Shown one piece after another: positions 61,377 through 64,000 of a stretch of 64,000 nucleotides of DNA. Origin of the DNA: Caulobacterales bacterium (GTDB taxonomy: Bacteria > Pseudomonadota > Alphaproteobacteria > Caulobacterales > Caulobacteraceae); contig JBIOED010000002.1 in NCBI GenBank assembly GCA_044445675.1, positions 64 through 64,063 of the forward strand, read 5' to 3'. The notes under the pieces were generated by a model. It was not told the origin of the DNA. It saw nothing but the letters and a program-made list of their open reading frames with translations, and made no database searches. The translations under genes were made by a program, and so were the position numbers. Position 1 is the stretch's first letter; every line of letters starts with the position of its first letter.

Positions 61377-61505
61377 CGTCTCGCTCCGAGGGCCGAGCGG
61401 CCCAAAGGGTTTTGCGTCCGTCGTTGCGCCCATTATTGCTGCGGCAGCTGAACCGCGCTTGAACGGCGCGACGGCCGCAACGCTCACAGACCAGGAACGC
61501 CCGAA

Positions 61506-62048
61506 GTGCCGGCGCACCCCAACGACATCGTCGGCTACTGGAAACAAGCCGGACCGCAGAAGTGGTTCAAGAAGCTGGTCGCCTTCGACGAGGCCATCCG
61601 GCTGAAGTTCGAACCCGTCCACCATGCCGCCGCCCGCGGCGAATACGACGCCTGGGCCGGCAGCGCCGAAGGCGCCTTGGCCTTGCTGATCCTGCTCGAC
61701 CAGTTTCCGCGCAACCTCTACCGCAACTCCGCCCACGCCTTCGCCACCGACCCCAAGGCGCGGTCCATCGCGCTCGCCGCCGTCGACAAGGGCTTCGACC
61801 GGCAGGCGGATCCGGCGCTCCGCAACTTCTTCTACCTGCCCTTCGAGCATTCCGAGAACCTGACCGACCAGGATTACAGCCTCGCGCTGTGCACCGAGGC
61901 CGGAAACCCCGACAGCCTGAAATGGGCGGCCATCCACCGCGACATCATCGTCCGCTTCGGCCGCTTCCCCCACCGCAACGCCGCCCTCGGCCGTGTGACG
62001 ACGCCGCAGGAGCAGGAATTCCTCGACGAGGGCGGGTTCGCGGGATGA
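61506..62048 (+). CDS. DUF924-family protein
   Basis: LDQFPRN, FFYLPFEHSE, RFGRFPHRN. Confidence 0.92.
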   Translation: MPAHPNDIVGYWKQAGPQKWFKKLVAFDEAIRLKFEPVHHAAARGEYDAWAGSAEGALALLILLDQFPRNLYRNSAHAFATDPKARSIALAAVDKGFDRQADPALRNFFYLPFEHSENLTDQDYSLALCTEAGNPDSLKWAAIHRDIIVRFGRFPHRNAALGRVTTPQEQEFLDEGGFAG

Positions 62049-62056
62049 GGCCCTCT

Positions 62057-62095
62057 TGGGTCCCGGCTCTCCGCTTCTCTGCGGCCGAGATGACA
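62057..62095. repeat. REP arm downstream of the GIY-YIG gene
   Basis: 39-bp copy (2 mismatches) of 62477-62515. Confidence 0.85.
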
Positions 62096-62105
62096 GACGC
62101 GAGTG

Positions 62106-62399
62106 CTAGGCCGGCGTGACGACGTAGAGATCGAGCCATTGCGGGTTCGACCGCTCGATGAGTTCAAGTTTCCACGAACGCCGCCAGCGCTTGATGCGCT
62201 TTTCCGCGGCGATCGCGTCTCGCACGTTCGAGAACGCCTCCGCCCAAACCAGCGTCTTCACGCCGTATTGGCGCGTAAAGCCCGCGACCAGGCCTTCGCG
62301 GTGCTCGTAGACCCGGCGCGCCAAGTCGCTCGTGATTCCGACATAGAGCGTGCCGTTTCGCTGACTTGCGAGAATGTAGACGTGATACGTTCGCCCCAT
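62106..62399 (-). CDS. small stand-alone GIY-YIG nuclease
   Basis: HVYILAS.RNGTLYVGITSDL.RR..EH, EKRIKRWRRSWK..LIE..NP.W.DL. Confidence 0.93.
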   Translation of the reverse strand: MGRTYHVYILASQRNGTLYVGITSDLARRVYEHREGLVAGFTRQYGVKTLVWAEAFSNVRDAIAAEKRIKRWRRSWKLELIERSNPQWLDLYVVTPA

Positions 62400-62409
62400 C
62401 TTCCGACCC

Positions 62410-62519
62410 CAAATGTCATCCCGGACGGCCTGCAAGGCCGAGCCGGGACCCAGGACAACCGCATTGCCCATCCTCCTGGGTCCCGGCTCTCCGCTTCGCT
62501 GCGGCCGGGATGACATTTG
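62410..62519. repeat. full two-arm REP (TGTCATCCCGG type) upstream of the GIY-YIG gene
   Basis: Outer IR CAAATGTCATCCCGG/CCGGGATGACATTTG; inner IR GAGCCGGGACCCAGGA/TCCTGGGTCCCGGCTC. Confidence 0.88.
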
Positions 62520-62600
62520 AGTTTGAGCTGTGGATAGCGAATTGGCAGGGGACGAATCAGCTCGCGAATCACCGCACGCTCAGGGTTCGGAGCCAAGGTC

Positions 62601-63446
62601 ATGAACGCCCACGCCGCCATCCAGCCGATCTACCAGGCCGCCCCGGACCATCCGGAGCGCCAGTACCTCGATCTGCTGGCCGATATCCTGGCCAACGGAG
62701 TCGAGCGCGGCGACCGCACCGGCACCGGTACGCTGGGGGTTTTCGGCCGCCAGATGCGCTTCGACCTGGCGCAGGGCTTCCCGCTGCTGACCACCAAGAA
62801 GCTGCACAGGAAATCGATCATCCTGGAGCTGCTGTGGTTCCTGCGCGGCGACACCAACGTCCGCTGGCTGCAGGAGCGCGGCGTCAGCATCTGGAACGAG
62901 TGGGCCGACGACGCCGGCGAGCTTGGCCCGGTCTACGGCAAGCAGTGGCGCTCGTGGGCCGCGTCCGACGGCCGGGTGATCGACCAGATCTCAGCCGTGG
63001 TCGAAGGCCTGAAGGCCAACCCGACCAGCCGCCGCCACATCGTCTCGGCCTGGAACCCGGCGGAGGTGGAGGACATGGCGCTGCCGCCCTGCCACTGCCT
63101 GTTCCAGTTCTTCGTGGCAGATGGCAAGCTGAGCTGTCAGCTCTACCAGCGCTCCGCCGACGTGTTCCTGGGCGTGCCCTTCAACATCGCCAGCTACGCC
63201 CTGCTGACCCTGATGGTCGCCCAGGTCACCGGCCTGCAGCCCGGCGAGTTCGTCCACACCCTGGGCGACGCCCACCTCTACCTGAACCACCTCGACCAGG
63301 CCCGCCTGCAGCTGTCGCGCGAGCCTCTGCCGCTGGCCCAGATGCGCCTGGCCCCCCGCGACGACCTCTTCGCCTTCGAGTTCGAGGACTTCACCCTCGA
63401 AGGGTACCGCGCCCATCCGAGCATCCCAGCCCCCATCGCGGTCTAG
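62601..63446 (+). CDS. thyA: thymidylate synthase
   Basis: [41 protein letters not shown]. Confidence 0.98.
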   Translation: MNAHAAIQPIYQAAPDHPERQYLDLLADILANGVERGDRTGTGTLGVFGRQMRFDLAQGFPLLTTKKLHRKSIILELLWFLRGDTNVRWLQERGVSIWNEWADDAGELGPVYGKQWRSWAASDGRVIDQISAVVEGLKANPTSRRHIVSAWNPAEVEDMALPPCHCLFQFFVADGKLSCQLYQRSADVFLGVPFNIASYALLTLMVAQVTGLQPGEFVHTLGDAHLYLNHLDQARLQLSREPLPLAQMRLAPRDDLFAFEFEDFTLEGYRAHPSIPAPIAV

Positions 63447-63470
63447 GTCGAGGCGCGCTATGGAGGCTCC

Positions 63471-63989
<519 letters not shown>

Positions 63990-64000
63990 TCAGTCCTCTT

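Overview
GC-rich alphaproteobacterial chromosomal segment, most consistent with Caulobacteraceae (Phenylobacterium/Caulobacter-like). The basis is the two-piece tmRNA next to sspB, the fliF-fliG-fliH-fliN-flbD-flhA operon, fliI-fliJ and ctrA with CtrA boxes. Most of it is core housekeeping: miaA, ilvB/ilvN with a leader-peptide attenuator, glpD, ubiG, lysC, ptsP, a rodZ-like gene, ispG, prfA, prmC, zur with a TonB-dependent receptor, thyA and folA. Small accessory insertions separate genes that are usually neighbours. I see no CRISPR array, prophage, rRNA/tRNA or intact transposase. The most unusual signals are small. (1) A stand-alone GIY-YIG nuclease bracketed by its own palindromic repeats. 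(2) Tandem copies of the tmRNA 3' end. (3) Two short ORFs with ATGA stop/start overlaps: one bridges fliF-fliG, the other is a duplicated lysC N-terminus. (4) A compositionally foreign plsY beside an IS5 scar. (5) An orphan LexA box. (6) EcfG/sigmaT promoters, one upstream of a Tyr-less SDR-like protein. All product calls come from motif recognition by eye; no database search was run.
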